IMG/VR virus record: IMGVR_UViG_3300031957_002643
Coordinates: 1-64,000 of that record
DNA length: 64,000 nucleotides
Direction: 5' to 3' (one strand)
Below, piece by piece: positions 1 through 10,277 of the stretch (within the stretch, counting starts at the first letter, position 1; the number at the start of each line of letters is the position of its first letter). The position numbers and the translations under genes are program-made. Under the pieces are notes generated by a model, which worked only from the letters and a program-made list of their open reading frames with translations, was not told the origin of the DNA and ran no database searches.

Positions 1-1
1 T

Positions 2-2953
2 GCGTTCAATCACATAATGGTATCCAATTCGCGACCAGCGATTTGATATCGTATGATATCTCTCGATGGATGATGCGTTAGCACCACTGTTTGCAGATGT
101 GGCTGAACAATGGACCACGAGGTATTCGATCCGATCATCAGTCAATTCTGAGACTGGATCATCGTCCGTGACGGTTCCGCCTGTCGGCTTTGCTCTTCTG
201 TCTGTTGCGCTGGTAACGCCTCTGTCCGATGTAGACTTCTGCCCAGACTCACTCGTTGCCACGGCTTCTGGAACAATACGACCATCAGGCTTCCATGGTT
301 CATGTTGTGGAACACGCCGTGCAATATACTGTTGCGATGATCCCGCTGTTCCAGCTTGTGCTTGGGCCGATGTTGGTGGACCGGGCAATGATGTAGTTGG
401 TATTGAGCCAGCATTAGCGGCACCGGACAACTGATCATCGAGCACACCATCTAGTCCATTAACGCCAAGGGCACTCAAATCAACACCAGCGGTAGACAAT
501 TGGCCTACATTCAATCCGTTCAAATTATTGGAGAGATCACCAAGGTTCAAACTTCCGAGTGCAGTATCACCAATATTCAAATCTGATAGAACACCGCCAA
601 GATCAGAGACGTTCAAGTTGGTAATATCTGTGTCTCCCAGCAGTCCGCTTAGTTCACCCAAGTTGATGTCACTGAGTGGCAAATTGCCCAAACCGGCACC
701 ATTCAAAATGTCTGTGACTTGTGTGAGGTTCAAACCCGAAAGATCAAATTCACTCAGAGAAACATTCCCAACAACTCCGGTTGCTTGGCTAAGAGCATCA
801 CCAATGCCAGTAAGAGTGCCAGCATTCACGCTAGACAATGCAGAAGCATCGAGCGTATTAAACCCACTGACGATGTTCGAAATCTTGGACTGATCATTGA
901 TCATGTTGAGAATAGCAGGACCATGTTCACGACCAAACAATGCACGTGCGGTTGATGGTGTGATGTAGCTATCCTTGAGTTTGGTTAGTACCGACTCGAA
1001 ATTGGAATCGGTTAACGTGACATCTTCGGCATTAATATTTGCTCTGCTTAGAACTTCCAAGGTAGAAGCCGATGGGCTTTCTAATGCCGATGTGAACCTA
1101 TCAATTGCAGTTCTTACATCATTTCGCGGACCTGTGAATCTCGACAGGCTAGAAGCCATAGCGGTAACTTGTGCATCGGACAGATTGTTAGACAAAATCT
1201 GAGAGTTTAATCCATTTGCTCTGTCTCTGAATGCAGTGAAATCAACAGCGTTGAAACCACCAGTCACATTCGATAGTGCAGATGCTTGGGATGCAATATC
1301 ACTGAACGCATCACCAACACTGGAACCAAAAAGGGTAGTCGCGTTGGTTGGCGACAAACCAGATGATCTCAATGTTTCCAATACTGTTGGAAGTCCCAAT
1401 GTTGAAATGTCAACATCTGATGCAGTCAATCCTAAGTTCTCAATGATACTCAAATTGGCAGGAACACTAGAGACATTGTTTAGTGTGTTGACTATTCCTG
1501 TGACCTGCGAAGGAACACTACCAATGTCAATACCATTATTAGCCATGGCAGCAGTAATTCCACCAAGATCATTGATTGGAATGTTATTAGCTTGCGCGAG
1601 TGAACCCATACTACTGAGTGCACCGGTTACTGCGCCCGGATCAACGTTAGAAACTAAGCTCGTGATGTTGGCAGTATTTGCCAACGCCGGAACGTCTGCC
1701 ACTGTTCCAGAAACGCTACCCAACGTAGATGAAATTGAGGTCATAGATGAACTGTATGAAGGTAATGATGCAACGCCCTGTTCCATTTTCACCGTAGAAC
1801 CAGAGTCAATACCAACATCGCCAGTACCATAGATGAGCATCTTTGCTTTTGATCCGAGTGACATGTCTTGGGTCGATACGGCCTGAATCTTTTTCTTGGC
1901 AGCAATCTTGAAATTCTTATCGACACCAATTTCATAATTCTCAGCAACATTGGCTTTAAGATAACCGGCAAACACTTGATCAGTATTTCCAGCTACTTCC
2001 AATTTATAATCACCACCGACCTTGTGATAGAAATCACCAGCAACATCCAACAAATAATCACCATCTGCTCTTACGTTTAGATCAGCTTCGGTGTGAATTG
2101 ATACACTGTCTTTTGAATATACATCAATCTTGCCATCATCACTTATTTCTACCCATGCATTTCCTTGACCTGTCGCAATGTAGATACTGTCCGAAACATC
2201 AGAGAAGGTGATCTGATGTCCGCGAGATGTTCTTAATCGAACGCCTTGCTGTTCTGGAAGATCATCCATGATGAATGAGTGGCCCGGTACGCCATCTTTA
2301 GGATGTCCGGGGGTGAGTATGCCCGCAACACGTGATGGGCTTTCACGGGTGCTTCCTGACGTTCCTATGCCCCTAATGCGATCATTGCCAAGACCAGCGG
2401 TTTGAATGCGATCATTCAATTCGTTGAAAACACGTCTTGGGTCATTGGTGAGTGGTGACTTTTCTGTTGCCGGAACAGGGTTATCTTGACCCTCGACTTC
2501 AGCACCCGGAACGCCGGGCACCATGAAGTTCTTTCGCGGTTTCGGCAAACATCCTAGCCAAATCGGCATTGTACCATTGACGAATGCAACAACAACCACA
2601 TCACCCTTTCTTGGCTGTGGACCCCAGAAGCCATATGAATTTGAGAAACCATCTTCAGAACCAATGGAATCTGTCGTGCCAAATGATGGTGTCATTGGGT
2701 AACACCAGATCAAACCCGGATCAAACTGTTCATCCTTCTTACCGGCTGGTTCTGGTGTGCCATAGGATAATTGTGGAATATGAACTTTGACCCGGCCTTG
2801 TTTTTGCGGATCATAATCATCTTCAACAGTGGCCCAATACAATCCGTGCTGTCTTTTGTAGTTCTGATGCATTTCAGAAAACAATTCAGCATTACGTCTT
2901 GCAAATCCAGTTTCACCTAACGGACGATTGATACCTTTATTATTACGAGCCAC
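2..2953 (-). CDS. gp5-like baseplate hub/spike with a distal N-acetylmuramoyl-L-alanine amidase (T7 lysozyme/Amidase_2) domain; 3' end lies outside the window
   Basis: Hand translation from GTG 2953: MARNNKG...LYWATVEDDYDPQKQGRVKVHIPQL (gp5 OB fold), GHSFIMDD...RLRTSRGHQI...AWVEISDDGKIDVYS, VGGDYKLEVAGN (beta-helix repeats). Same frame at ~130-2 reads IEYLVVHCSAT...IERYH...WSRIGYHYVIER. Its absence from the ORF track is consistent with no in-window stop. Confidence 0.85.
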   Translation of the reverse strand, partial: MARNNKGINRPLGETGFARRNAELFSEMHQNYKRQHGLYWATVEDDYDPQKQGRVKVHIPQLSYGTPEPAGKKDEQFDPGLIWCYPMTPSFGTTDSIGSEDGFSNSYGFWGPQPRKGDVVVVAFVNGTMPIWLGCLPKPRKNFMVPGVPGAEVEGQDNPVPATEKSPLTNDPRRVFNELNDRIQTAGLGNDRIRGIGTSGSTRESPSRVAGILTPGHPKDGVPGHSFIMDDLPEQQGVRLRTSRGHQITFSDVSDSIYIATGQGNAWVEISDDGKIDVYSKDSVSIHTEADLNVRADGDYLLDVAGDFYHKVGGDYKLEVAGNTDQVFAGYLKANVAENYEIGVDKNFKIAAKKKIQAVSTQDMSLGSKAKMLIYGTGDVGIDSGSTVKMEQGVASLPSYSSSMTSISSTLGSVSGTVADVPALANTANITSLVSNVDPGAVTGALSSMGSLAQANNIPINDLGGITAAMANNGIDIGSVPSQVTGIVNTLNNVSSVPANLSIIENLGLTASDVDISTLGLPTVLETLRSSGLSPTNATTLFGSSVGDAFSDIASQASALSNVTGGFNAVDFTAFRDRANGLNSQILSNNLSDAQVTAMASSLSRFTGPRNDVRTAIDRFTSALESPSASTLEVLSRANINAEDVTLTDSNFESVLTKLKDSYITPSTARALFGREHGPAILNMINDQSKISNIVSGFNTLDASALSSVNAGTLTGIGDALSQATGVVGNVSLSEFDLSGLNLTQVTDILNGAGLGNLPLSDINLGELSGLLGDTDITNLNVSDLGGVLSDLNIGDTALGSLNLGDLSNNLNGLNVGQLSTAGVDLSALGVNGLDGVLDDQLSGAANAGSIPTTSLPGPPTSAQAQAGTAGSSQQYIARRVPQHEPWKPDGRIVPEAVATSESGQKSTSDRGVTSATDRRAKPTGGTVTDDDPVSELTDDRIEYLVVHCSATSANSGANASSIERYHTISNRWSRIGYHYVIER

Positions 2954-5267
2954 TTACGCCACCTGATCTTGTTAATTCTTGTGTCAGTCTGTGACCGACA
3001 AACGATTGTGAGTAATCGCCACCTTCAAACTTGTGTTCAACAGAAATTACTTGGAAGAAACCACCATAGTTTGCAGATTTCAATTGCGAGTTATTGTAAT
3101 CAATATTTGGGTTCATGTATTCCGTCTGTTCTGGATACAGGAGCTTCAGATAAATCACGTCAGTAGTTAGAGCCAAATTCAACTGTGCATCAGAAAGATT
3201 AGCTTGTGGATCATCCAAACTATAGATACTGGCCAACCATTGTGGATCGCCGCGTATCTCAAGGTTTTCCAAAGTGACGGATTGTGTTCTTAATGCTCTT
3301 TCCAGTTCTTGCTGATAGAGAGAGTAGCCCTCCAATTCTTCATTGGGTGTTGTCTCATCAACGCTGTTGGATTGAGCCATCATGTATCTAAATGGAGAAA
3401 ACGTCTGACGGTATGGAAAGATGTTCTCATCCTGAACGGTTTCAGAATTAGAATAAATCTCATTCAGAGCAGACTGAACCACACTGTTTGGAAACAAACT
3501 GATCCGTGGTGTTGTCAAATCCTGTTGTGCATCATCAATGGACTCGGAAGTCGAATTGTATCGATAGTCATTCGAAGGACTTGACCTGATGCTGTGCCAA
3601 AAGATATTAGCATCAATACTGAAATTCTTTACAACTGTATTGTCGCCAGTATAAACATATTTGTAAATTTTCTTGAGTGCACCAGATTGAATGATTTCTC
3701 TTGCACGTTCTTCTGCATCTTCTGACCAGTTTCTAAATTCGCTATAATTCGATGGCGTGTAGCGGTATTCTCGTTTTTTCTCGATATAGTAATGAATGAC
3801 TATGCCGGTCAAATCGCCAAACTGATCGATATACTCTTCAGATGATTCCGAATAATCGATGCGAGTTCGAATAACATAAATGTCACGGGGATATTCAATA
3901 TTGCCATTGTCATCACCGATTAGTCGTCTTCTGCCCTCAGAGGTTCGAGTGATTTTCTCCATGATGTCGCCCCGTATAGAAGACCCGATATTCCCCAAAC
4001 GTGTCAACGCCACGCGATCTTCATCAGATGTATCTTCTGGTAATTGGTCAAATGGAGCATCGACCAGATCAGAATCAACATGGAATTCATATCTTCGAAC
4101 CGCAATTTGTTCGGCACTATCCATACGATATCCCGGCTCACCGATTTCGACCGAAGTTGTGAAGGCATCGTTTAGTTTATTTTGAAGTTCATCGATGTAT
4201 CCACCGAATGTATTATTGGCTTCAGCTTCACCGCCAAGTTCAATGTCAAAATAATGCAAAGTGTCATATTCAGGATACATAACCAAATCATGTACAGGAA
4301 TCATGCTCAATTCATAGTTCGTTGAGGAACCATTATCCAGTTTGGACTTAACTTGAATGATGTTCACGAAATATGTGAAGGTCTCTACGTTTTGATATGA
4401 ACCATCCACTTCAACGACAGTATCAACTCTGGCAGAACCATAATCTGGATTTTCACCTTCAATGTCCCCAGAAATCGGAACAGACGTTGACGCATATGAT
4501 CTGGACGAGAGTTCGCTGACCGTTAAATTTGGATAAGGATTTGGAACTGGAACTTTTTCAACAAAAACACCATCACCACGATAACCAGAAAACCAAATAT
4601 CCATTCTGAAAATCATACGACTTGGTGGGAAGTTCCGACTATAACCCAATGCTGTTGCTGCCTGTCTGACACGCCTGTCAAAACTAAATCCATAAGGCTC
4701 TTCAACCTGCATCGTGAACATTGCAGAGTTTGGAGTCTCCGGGTTGTTCACGGTCATTGAGTTAATAGTCTTAAAATTCAATGACTTAATGAAGAATTGA
4801 CTTGGCGATTTGTTATCACCATAGCTCTCATCCGCGCCGGATATATCGGAGCTTGCAAGAAAGAACAGATTGTCGATATCGGATAATTCAGAATGGGTCG
4901 TTGTGACTGTATTGGAATCGCCAACAAGACTGAGACGAATATTGTACTTGGACGAAACGTAATCATCCAAGGTGTGAGTATGAAGAATAGAATTAGCAAT
5001 CGCTTCATTTTCATCACCGGCAAGGATACCATTCGGATCACCAGCCAATGCAATTGTATTCCTCATCGTTGGTGGGATAGGTGTACTTTCCCCGTTTCGT
5101 GCAGCACGATTATTGCTTGAACTTTGAATGGGATTACCACCAATGCCATCGAAACCAAAACCAAGACCGGGATTTCTTGTTTGGGTTATTCTGTCTCCGG
5201 GCGACTGGTTGGCATTTGAACCTGTTCGGTTGATGCCGAGTTCTGATGGCCTAATCGGTGTTGGCAT
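2943..5267 (-). CDS. putative baseplate hub / structural protein (774 aa)
   Basis: Long acidic ORF between gp53-like and gp5-like genes; C-terminal IRGDP and GFFQVISVEHKFEGGDYSQ resemble gp27/hub-type proteins. Confidence 0.6.
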   Translation of the reverse strand: MPTPIRPSELGINRTGSNANQSPGDRITQTRNPGLGFGFDGIGGNPIQSSSNNRAARNGESTPIPPTMRNTIALAGDPNGILAGDENEAIANSILHTHTLDDYVSSKYNIRLSLVGDSNTVTTTHSELSDIDNLFFLASSDISGADESYGDNKSPSQFFIKSLNFKTINSMTVNNPETPNSAMFTMQVEEPYGFSFDRRVRQAATALGYSRNFPPSRMIFRMDIWFSGYRGDGVFVEKVPVPNPYPNLTVSELSSRSYASTSVPISGDIEGENPDYGSARVDTVVEVDGSYQNVETFTYFVNIIQVKSKLDNGSSTNYELSMIPVHDLVMYPEYDTLHYFDIELGGEAEANNTFGGYIDELQNKLNDAFTTSVEIGEPGYRMDSAEQIAVRRYEFHVDSDLVDAPFDQLPEDTSDEDRVALTRLGNIGSSIRGDIMEKITRTSEGRRRLIGDDNGNIEYPRDIYVIRTRIDYSESSEEYIDQFGDLTGIVIHYYIEKKREYRYTPSNYSEFRNWSEDAEERAREIIQSGALKKIYKYVYTGDNTVVKNFSIDANIFWHSIRSSPSNDYRYNSTSESIDDAQQDLTTPRISLFPNSVVQSALNEIYSNSETVQDENIFPYRQTFSPFRYMMAQSNSVDETTPNEELEGYSLYQQELERALRTQSVTLENLEIRGDPQWLASIYSLDDPQANLSDAQLNLALTTDVIYLKLLYPEQTEYMNPNIDYNNSQLKSANYGGFFQVISVEHKFEGGDYSQSFVGHRLTQELTRSGGVSGS

Positions 5268-5548
5268 TAAAAGATACTCTTCACTGTTTCAAAGGTTGGG
5301 ATCATCAAATTACGATCCTTGGTCAAATCAAATATTGGGTCTTGCAGTCCGTTTCTCTGTGGAATGATCCACCACAATTCTGGATCACCATACAAATCCA
5401 ACGCCAATAGATCAGGCGCATGTTCATATTTTTCGTCCAGCTTTATAAGATAATCTGAATCTCTTGCTGGAATCTTCTTATAGTTCAATAAGTCCAAGAA
5501 CCCATTAATCTTTGGTGTTGTAGTATAAACTCCGGTTGAACTTTTCAT
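5267..5548 (-). CDS. gp53-like baseplate wedge (LysM-like) protein
   Basis: YEHAPDLLALDLYGDPELWWII motif; gene context. Confidence 0.75.
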   Translation of the reverse strand: MKSSTGVYTTTPKINGFLDLLNYKKIPARDSDYLIKLDEKYEHAPDLLALDLYGDPELWWIIPQRNGLQDPIFDLTKDRNLMIPTFETVKSIF

Positions 5549-6186
5549 ACACCTGAACTCCTTTGTCTATTGACGAGTGATCCGTTTCTGAAGTCCTGCA
5601 ATGAGAAGCCACCATCAACGCCACGCCAATAGTTAGGGCTGTGTTGCACGGTTAGTTGAAGGTCACCGATGTTTAATTTCACAGGTAACCAACTGAAATC
5701 ATCACCATCGGGATTGGTTGCTGGAATCTGATCGATCTCCATGTCTGAAAGGTTCATACTGTATCCTTTCAAAAGAACAGGAACACTATCAAACATGTAT
5801 TTGCCAAATGCAGAGAAGAACATGGGCGATGGTGGTCTGCCGGATCGAGAAACGCCGAAATCCATAAGACTGTATGTTCTAAAGAAATGGATCGCAGCTA
5901 ATCCATAACGAGCATTTTCCGATGTATCACAAGGGAAGATGACATTTCCCAAACTGATTTCCCTGTTCGACGTACCTCTATAGACATTAAAGGCTTCGTT
6001 CGTGTGGGGAATTTCAACGCTGTCGTAATTGATATTAGTCGATTCCGTAATGTTTGGTGTGATTGGCAACAACAATCCACCAGTATTGTAAATCGGATGT
6101 AACGGATGGCTCTCGTCAGCCAATTCGCCTGCCAGTTCATCAAAATCAAACGGAACTAGCTTAGCTGCATATTGTTCAATACTCAC
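5545..6186 (-). CDS. baseplate/tail-tube initiator-like protein
   Basis: TPNI...YD...HTN, G.PPS...FSAFGKYMF..VPV pattern; first gene of the operon; AGGAG RBS. Confidence 0.55.
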   Translation of the reverse strand: MSIEQYAAKLVPFDFDELAGELADESHPLHPIYNTGGLLLPITPNITESTNINYDSVEIPHTNEAFNVYRGTSNREISLGNVIFPCDTSENARYGLAAIHFFRTYSLMDFGVSRSGRPPSPMFFSAFGKYMFDSVPVLLKGYSMNLSDMEIDQIPATNPDGDDFSWLPVKLNIGDLQLTVQHSPNYWRGVDGGFSLQDFRNGSLVNRQRSSGV

Positions 6187-6206
6187 TGTATATGACTCCT
6201 CTGAAA

Positions 6207-6212
6207 TATTTA
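6207..6212 (-). promoter_or_regulatory. putative late promoter (TAAATA)
   Basis: CTAAATA ~20 nt upstream of the baseplate operon; resembles the T4 gp55-dependent TATAAATA. Confidence 0.6.
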
Positions 6213-6288
6213 GCAGTAAATATTGCAGTATTCGTATAACTCACAGGAATATGTCATATGATTCAAGTATCAACCCAAGGATTAACAA

Positions 6289-6858
6289 ATGGAAAAGGAT
6301 GATAACGAACCAAAGCCCGCAGCAAAAGCGCCTGTGAAACCTAAAACAAAAAGAAAGAAGCCTACACATTACATTGTGAATTCTGAAATGCTCGAAGAAG
6401 TCAAAAAGAGCAAAAAGCGATTGGAAGAAAATCCTGAACTTGGTGGTCAAGCATTGACAAAAGAGCTTGCCAGTATGTTTGTCAGGTTGGTCGATCATTA
6501 TGCTACAAAAAAGAATTGGGCAGGCTATTCATACATTGATGAATTGAAAGGCGAAGCCTTGGTCAACTTGGTCAACAAGTGGCACAAGTTTGACAGCGAC
6601 AAATACGACAAGCCCTTCGCATATTATTCCATGTTCGTTGAACGATCATTCAAAGGACAAATTCAAAAAGAGAAGAAGCCACAAAAGGTGAAGGATGCCA
6701 TCATCACCGCTCGTGGCGAAATGCCATCTTACGCGGCTCAAGAAGAGTACGAAAAAGAATGGCAAGAGAAAGTTGCTCAAGACACGGACGCAAGCGAGTC
6801 ATGGGATAACGGTCAGAATGATCGGTTCTACAATAATGAGGACCAAGATGATCAATGA
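6289..6858 (+). CDS. 55: late-transcription sigma factor, T4 gp55-like
   Basis: HYIVNSEML, NWAGYSYIDELKGEA, KFD...KPFAYY; lies upstream of gp47/gp46 as in T4-like phages. Confidence 0.85.
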   Translation: MEKDDNEPKPAAKAPVKPKTKRKKPTHYIVNSEMLEEVKKSKKRLEENPELGGQALTKELASMFVRLVDHYATKKNWAGYSYIDELKGEALVNLVNKWHKFDSDKYDKPFAYYSMFVERSFKGQIQKEKKPQKVKDAIITARGEMPSYAAQEEYEKEWQEKVAQDTDASESWDNGQNDRFYNNEDQDDQ

Positions 6859-7420
6859 TGCTTTCAACCCCCTGCATTTAGAACGGGTTGTTCTCGCTCT
6901 GAGATCATTGCTCAATACGAGTAAACTGGTTCTGACAGAGATTGGAACGTATGATGGCAAGAATGTGGTGATGGGACATACTAAAGGAAACACGGATGTC
7001 CCATTCATCCTGTACTTTAATGGAGAGTATCCAAGCATTTATGCTGGTGAAATTGGCAAGAAAAATTTCCCGGTCAAACGATACACTATTGAGAAAATGC
7101 AATATCCTCCGTTTGATTTCGATGGCACTTTGGTTCGATTTGAATCCTGTTTGCCGGAAACCTTCAAATTGGATGAAACCATGGAAGACATCATGGGGTT
7201 CAAGCCGACATCGAAGTTTGAACAAAAACATTTGAACCGGTGGAAACGAGTTGAAATCACAACGCAAGACTTGCTTTCCAAAGTTGATGAGCTTAAGAAC
7301 CTTTGGTCGTGGACCTATGAAATTCAAATGGACACGGTGTCTGGCATCAATGTCATATACTGTAGATCAGATGCAGACGTAAAGCGCCTGAAAAATGAAA
7401 CAGATGATGACGATCTATGA
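6848..7420 (+). CDS. hypothetical protein
   Basis: Start moved to the ATG (MINDAF) overlapping the gp55 end. Confidence 0.65.
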   Translation: MINDAFNPLHLERVVLALRSLLNTSKLVLTEIGTYDGKNVVMGHTKGNTDVPFILYFNGEYPSIYAGEIGKKNFPVKRYTIEKMQYPPFDFDGTLVRFESCLPETFKLDETMEDIMGFKPTSKFEQKHLNRWKRVEITTQDLLSKVDELKNLWSWTYEIQMDTVSGINVIYCRSDADVKRLKNETDDDDL

Positions 7421-7607
7421 TGCTAAAAATATAGAAGAATTGCTTGAATATCTTGAAAGTATCAATGATCTAATTGGTTCTTTCAAACGTAATGTCAACG
7501 ATAGAATTCTAGAAGAATTGCGTATTATGGAGAATAATGGGTATCGAATTGGTCATATATATATTTTGCAATTCCAAATAATGATAAAAGCAAAAATGAA
7601 GTCATGA
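7395..7607 (+). CDS. hypothetical protein
   Basis: Tiled ORF in operon. Confidence 0.5.
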   Translation: MKQMMTIYDAKNIEELLEYLESINDLIGSFKRNVNDRILEELRIMENNGYRIGHIYILQFQIMIKAKMKS

Positions 7608-7700
7608 TTGATAAATGTGCTGTTGAATACATAAAGCTGCCATGTGGACTTGGTGGATGGATTCTAGGCAACATTCCTAAAAGATCACAAGGATAATACA

Positions 7701-7946
7701 ATGACAGAAGATTTAAAACAAACACGAAAGAATTTGAAGAGCTTGATTGATGTCGCTTATGATATCGAGATCACTTCATCAGACATCGGACTATACGAAT
7801 CCAGTTTCACTATTGACCATTATCGTCAGTCTTTTGATGGTGATGGCAGAATGACCTACGTCTATAAGAAACCCGTTCAATACAGATTGATCGTGGAGAG
7901 CGAAGGTGAAGAAGTCCTGTTCAAAGACATGACCGCTAAAGAATAA
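7701..7946 (+). CDS. hypothetical protein
   Basis: AAGGA RBS; 81 aa. Confidence 0.6.
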   Translation: MTEDLKQTRKNLKSLIDVAYDIEITSSDIGLYESSFTIDHYRQSFDGDGRMTYVYKKPVQYRLIVESEGEEVLFKDMTAKE

Positions 7947-8748
7947 ACAGTTGTCCCTTGGATTCGTTCCATAGTTTATTGCATTGTCTAGAAAACTGTT
8001 GGCCGGATTGTTCAAATAACTTTTTCATTTCTGGTAAATTTTCTCTGATTAATGGTCGATCCCGATATGCGTCAGGGTACAGGAATTTGATCCTTCCATA
8101 TCTCAAAAAGTGAACGAACATTTCCATGATGATTTCACCTTCACGACTAATGTTGTTGTTTTTGAATGAGGTGATATCTACGAAAGGCTGAACGTGAAGA
8201 AGCATATCAAACATAGCTTGGAATAATTGTTGTTTTTCCATCTTGTGCTCAGTCCCCCAATATCCAACATTGATCCCTTGTATGATATGAATCAGAGGAG
8301 CATAAAAGCTTGTCAGGGTAACGGCTTGCGGCATCATTACTGCGTGCACACATCTATGCATAACCATCCATGGTGATAATGGTATCCATTGACTTGCAGT
8401 ATTATTGGTTAGAATGATGTTAATCGCATCTGGGTTCATTACGGATTGAATTTCATCAGCAACGTCTTCCATACCTTCATCACGCATCACTCTTCCGACT
8501 GTGCTATAAATGAAATGCTCTGGCTTCGTGTACTCGTCACGGACATCAAAGGGCAGACTTAGAAAGACGATATTGAGGTCTTTGTGAAATCTTGGAAACA
8601 GGCGTATCATTTTTGCTTTTAATGCTGTATCCTGTACCACTTGTTTGTCCTTGTAGGTCCAAACAGTGTTGTCAAAACCATCTTTTCTAGGCTTGGCATC
8701 CCAATCGCCTTTGATGTGCATGTCTTCGAAAACGTTAAGTAGTTTCAT
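7936..8748 (-). CDS. putative virion-internal protein (MKLLNVFE N-terminus)
   Basis: Lone minus-strand gene with TAAATA at 8770-8775 and a capsid-targeting-like N-terminus. Confidence 0.6.
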   Translation of the reverse strand: MKLLNVFEDMHIKGDWDAKPRKDGFDNTVWTYKDKQVVQDTALKAKMIRLFPRFHKDLNIVFLSLPFDVRDEYTKPEHFIYSTVGRVMRDEGMEDVADEIQSVMNPDAINIILTNNTASQWIPLSPWMVMHRCVHAVMMPQAVTLTSFYAPLIHIIQGINVGYWGTEHKMEKQQLFQAMFDMLLHVQPFVDITSFKNNNISREGEIIMEMFVHFLRYGRIKFLYPDAYRDRPLIRENLPEMKKLFEQSGQQFSRQCNKLWNESKGQLFIL

Positions 8749-8769
8749 GGGTAATCATCCGTATTGTTA

Positions 8770-8775
8770 TATTTA
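8770..8775 (-). promoter_or_regulatory. putative late promoter (TAAATA)
   Basis: TTAAATA 21 nt upstream of ATG 8748. Confidence 0.5.
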
Positions 8776-8793
8776 ATGTGGTAGGAGCATCTT

Positions 8794-9111
8794 ATGTCAT
8801 ATACAAAATTACCGACTGACGATCTTGCAAAAGAGTTCGTAGATGATGTGACTCGTCAGATAGTTTCCGGTAAGAAGAACTTGTCCGATGGTGAAAAGCG
8901 CGAAGTAGATATCAAAATCCAAGGATTGATGCTAACTGCTGAAATAATTCATCATTGTTTCCTTTATGGTATGAGTAAAAACAAAGCACAATTGGAAGAA
9001 ATTCGAAAGATACTAGTCCAAAAACTTATACCACTCGGATACAAAACACCCGAAGGTGATGCATATCAGTATGTTTTGTTGGATCAAATAAATGGATTTG
9101 AATTCAAATGA
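8794..9111 (+). CDS. hypothetical protein (degenerate motif NGFEFK at C-terminus)
   Basis: AGGAG RBS. Confidence 0.7.
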   Translation: MSYTKLPTDDLAKEFVDDVTRQIVSGKKNLSDGEKREVDIKIQGLMLTAEIIHHCFLYGMSKNKAQLEEIRKILVQKLIPLGYKTPEGDAYQYVLLDQINGFEFK

Positions 9112-9371
9112 GTAATCCTTATCAATGTGTCGAAATCCCCCTGTTTGCACCAATGACGGTTGATAATTTGATGGATTGCATTGAATATCACTCGTATTAT
9201 AACTACGAAAAACAACGAATGGATATGACAGACCGGGAACGTTGCAATGATCTAAATGCAATTCGGCATCATATTTTAGATTTGCGAGATTACTGTGGTG
9301 TAAAACAAGGACGCATTGGACCTAGACGGTGGATGAGTGGTATGTCGGAGTTTGAATTCAAATATGACTAA
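9108..9371 (+). CDS. hypothetical protein (degenerate motif SEFEFK)
   Basis: ATGA overlap; resembles next ORF (MTD.ER...LN). Confidence 0.65.
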   Translation: MSNPYQCVEIPLFAPMTVDNLMDCIEYHSYYNYEKQRMDMTDRERCNDLNAIRHHILDLRDYCGVKQGRIGPRRWMSGMSEFEFKYD

Positions 9372-9621
9372 TCAGTTGTTTGAAGATTGCTATTATTCTT
9401 GGCGCTACCATGTTGAATGCCTGAATGATGCAGTGATGACTGATGCTGAGCGCCAGCAGTATGTTCAATCGTTGAACAATAGCTTTAACGTCATGAAGAT
9501 ATTGATTAGTTCGGAATATGGTGACCATGGTGTACGCGCGGGTAAAGTACATCATGACGGATGGCAATATGATTGGCATGTGTTACCGCCAGCGTATGAA
9601 GTGAGACTGAACCATGACTGA
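9364..9621 (+). CDS. LP-motif small protein
   Basis: LPPAYEVR near C-terminus; start adjusted. Confidence 0.65.
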   Translation: MTNQLFEDCYYSWRYHVECLNDAVMTDAERQQYVQSLNNSFNVMKILISSEYGDHGVRAGKVHHDGWQYDWHVLPPAYEVRLNHD

Positions 9622-10048
9622 ACAATACAATTATTTCAAAATACATGCTGATGTTTTTAGTGATTGGTTGGATGATCTGCCAACCGATATGTTGTTCGAT
9701 AATAGAATTAGCGTGCTCGAAGAATTTTTGAATCTATTTTATCCAAAATTGAGTTTCACGTTAACAGAAACCAATATGTATTGGAGTGATGTGACACCGA
9801 ACGGGCGGCAAAAGACGGTGATTCGTGATATCGTCATGAGTCCGAACACATTCGAAATCGTCTCACATCGATATGATTATTTGGAACCAAACGAAAACCC
9901 AATCTCAAAAACGCCTCAACACTACTGCGAATTAGATGATTGGGCCGTGAAGTTGGGGAAATATATGAGAACATTTGGCCAGAAGGTTCCAATTGGGAAT
10001 GTGAAATACAAAATGAAAACACTGATGGGTGCAGGGTATGCAGGATGA
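9614..10048 (+). CDS. hypothetical protein
   Basis: Tiled ORF. Confidence 0.6.
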   Translation: MTEQYNYFKIHADVFSDWLDDLPTDMLFDNRISVLEEFLNLFYPKLSFTLTETNMYWSDVTPNGRQKTVIRDIVMSPNTFEIVSHRYDYLEPNENPISKTPQHYCELDDWAVKLGKYMRTFGQKVPIGNVKYKMKTLMGAGYAG

Positions 10049-10277
10049 GATTGATATTGCCTTGACTTATCTGGCGTCTCGTAAGATTCAATTTGATGAC
10101 ATTCGAAGACGCCGCCTGACAGACAAGAGACGAGTACTTTCATTGCTCGTCCATCACAGGTTGGTCAAGCTACGATATCAGGTCAAAGAATTAGTGGCTT
10201 TGGGTGTTCAAAAGTTCGAATATGATGGTTACCGGTATGAACCCTTACCGGACACATATGAGGTATTAATCTGGTGA
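10038..10277 (+). CDS. LP-motif small protein
   Basis: LPDTYEVL near C-terminus. Confidence 0.6.
   Translation: MQDEIDIALTYLASRKIQFDDIRRRRLTDKRRVLSLLVHHRLVKLRYQVKELVALGVQKFEYDGYRYEPLPDTYEVLIW

Noticed and set aside
66-2790. Plus-strand ORFs (66-434, 528-893, 1236-1832 and others)
   Set aside because: Antisense shadows of the gp5-like gene on the minus strand; no RBS or motifs.
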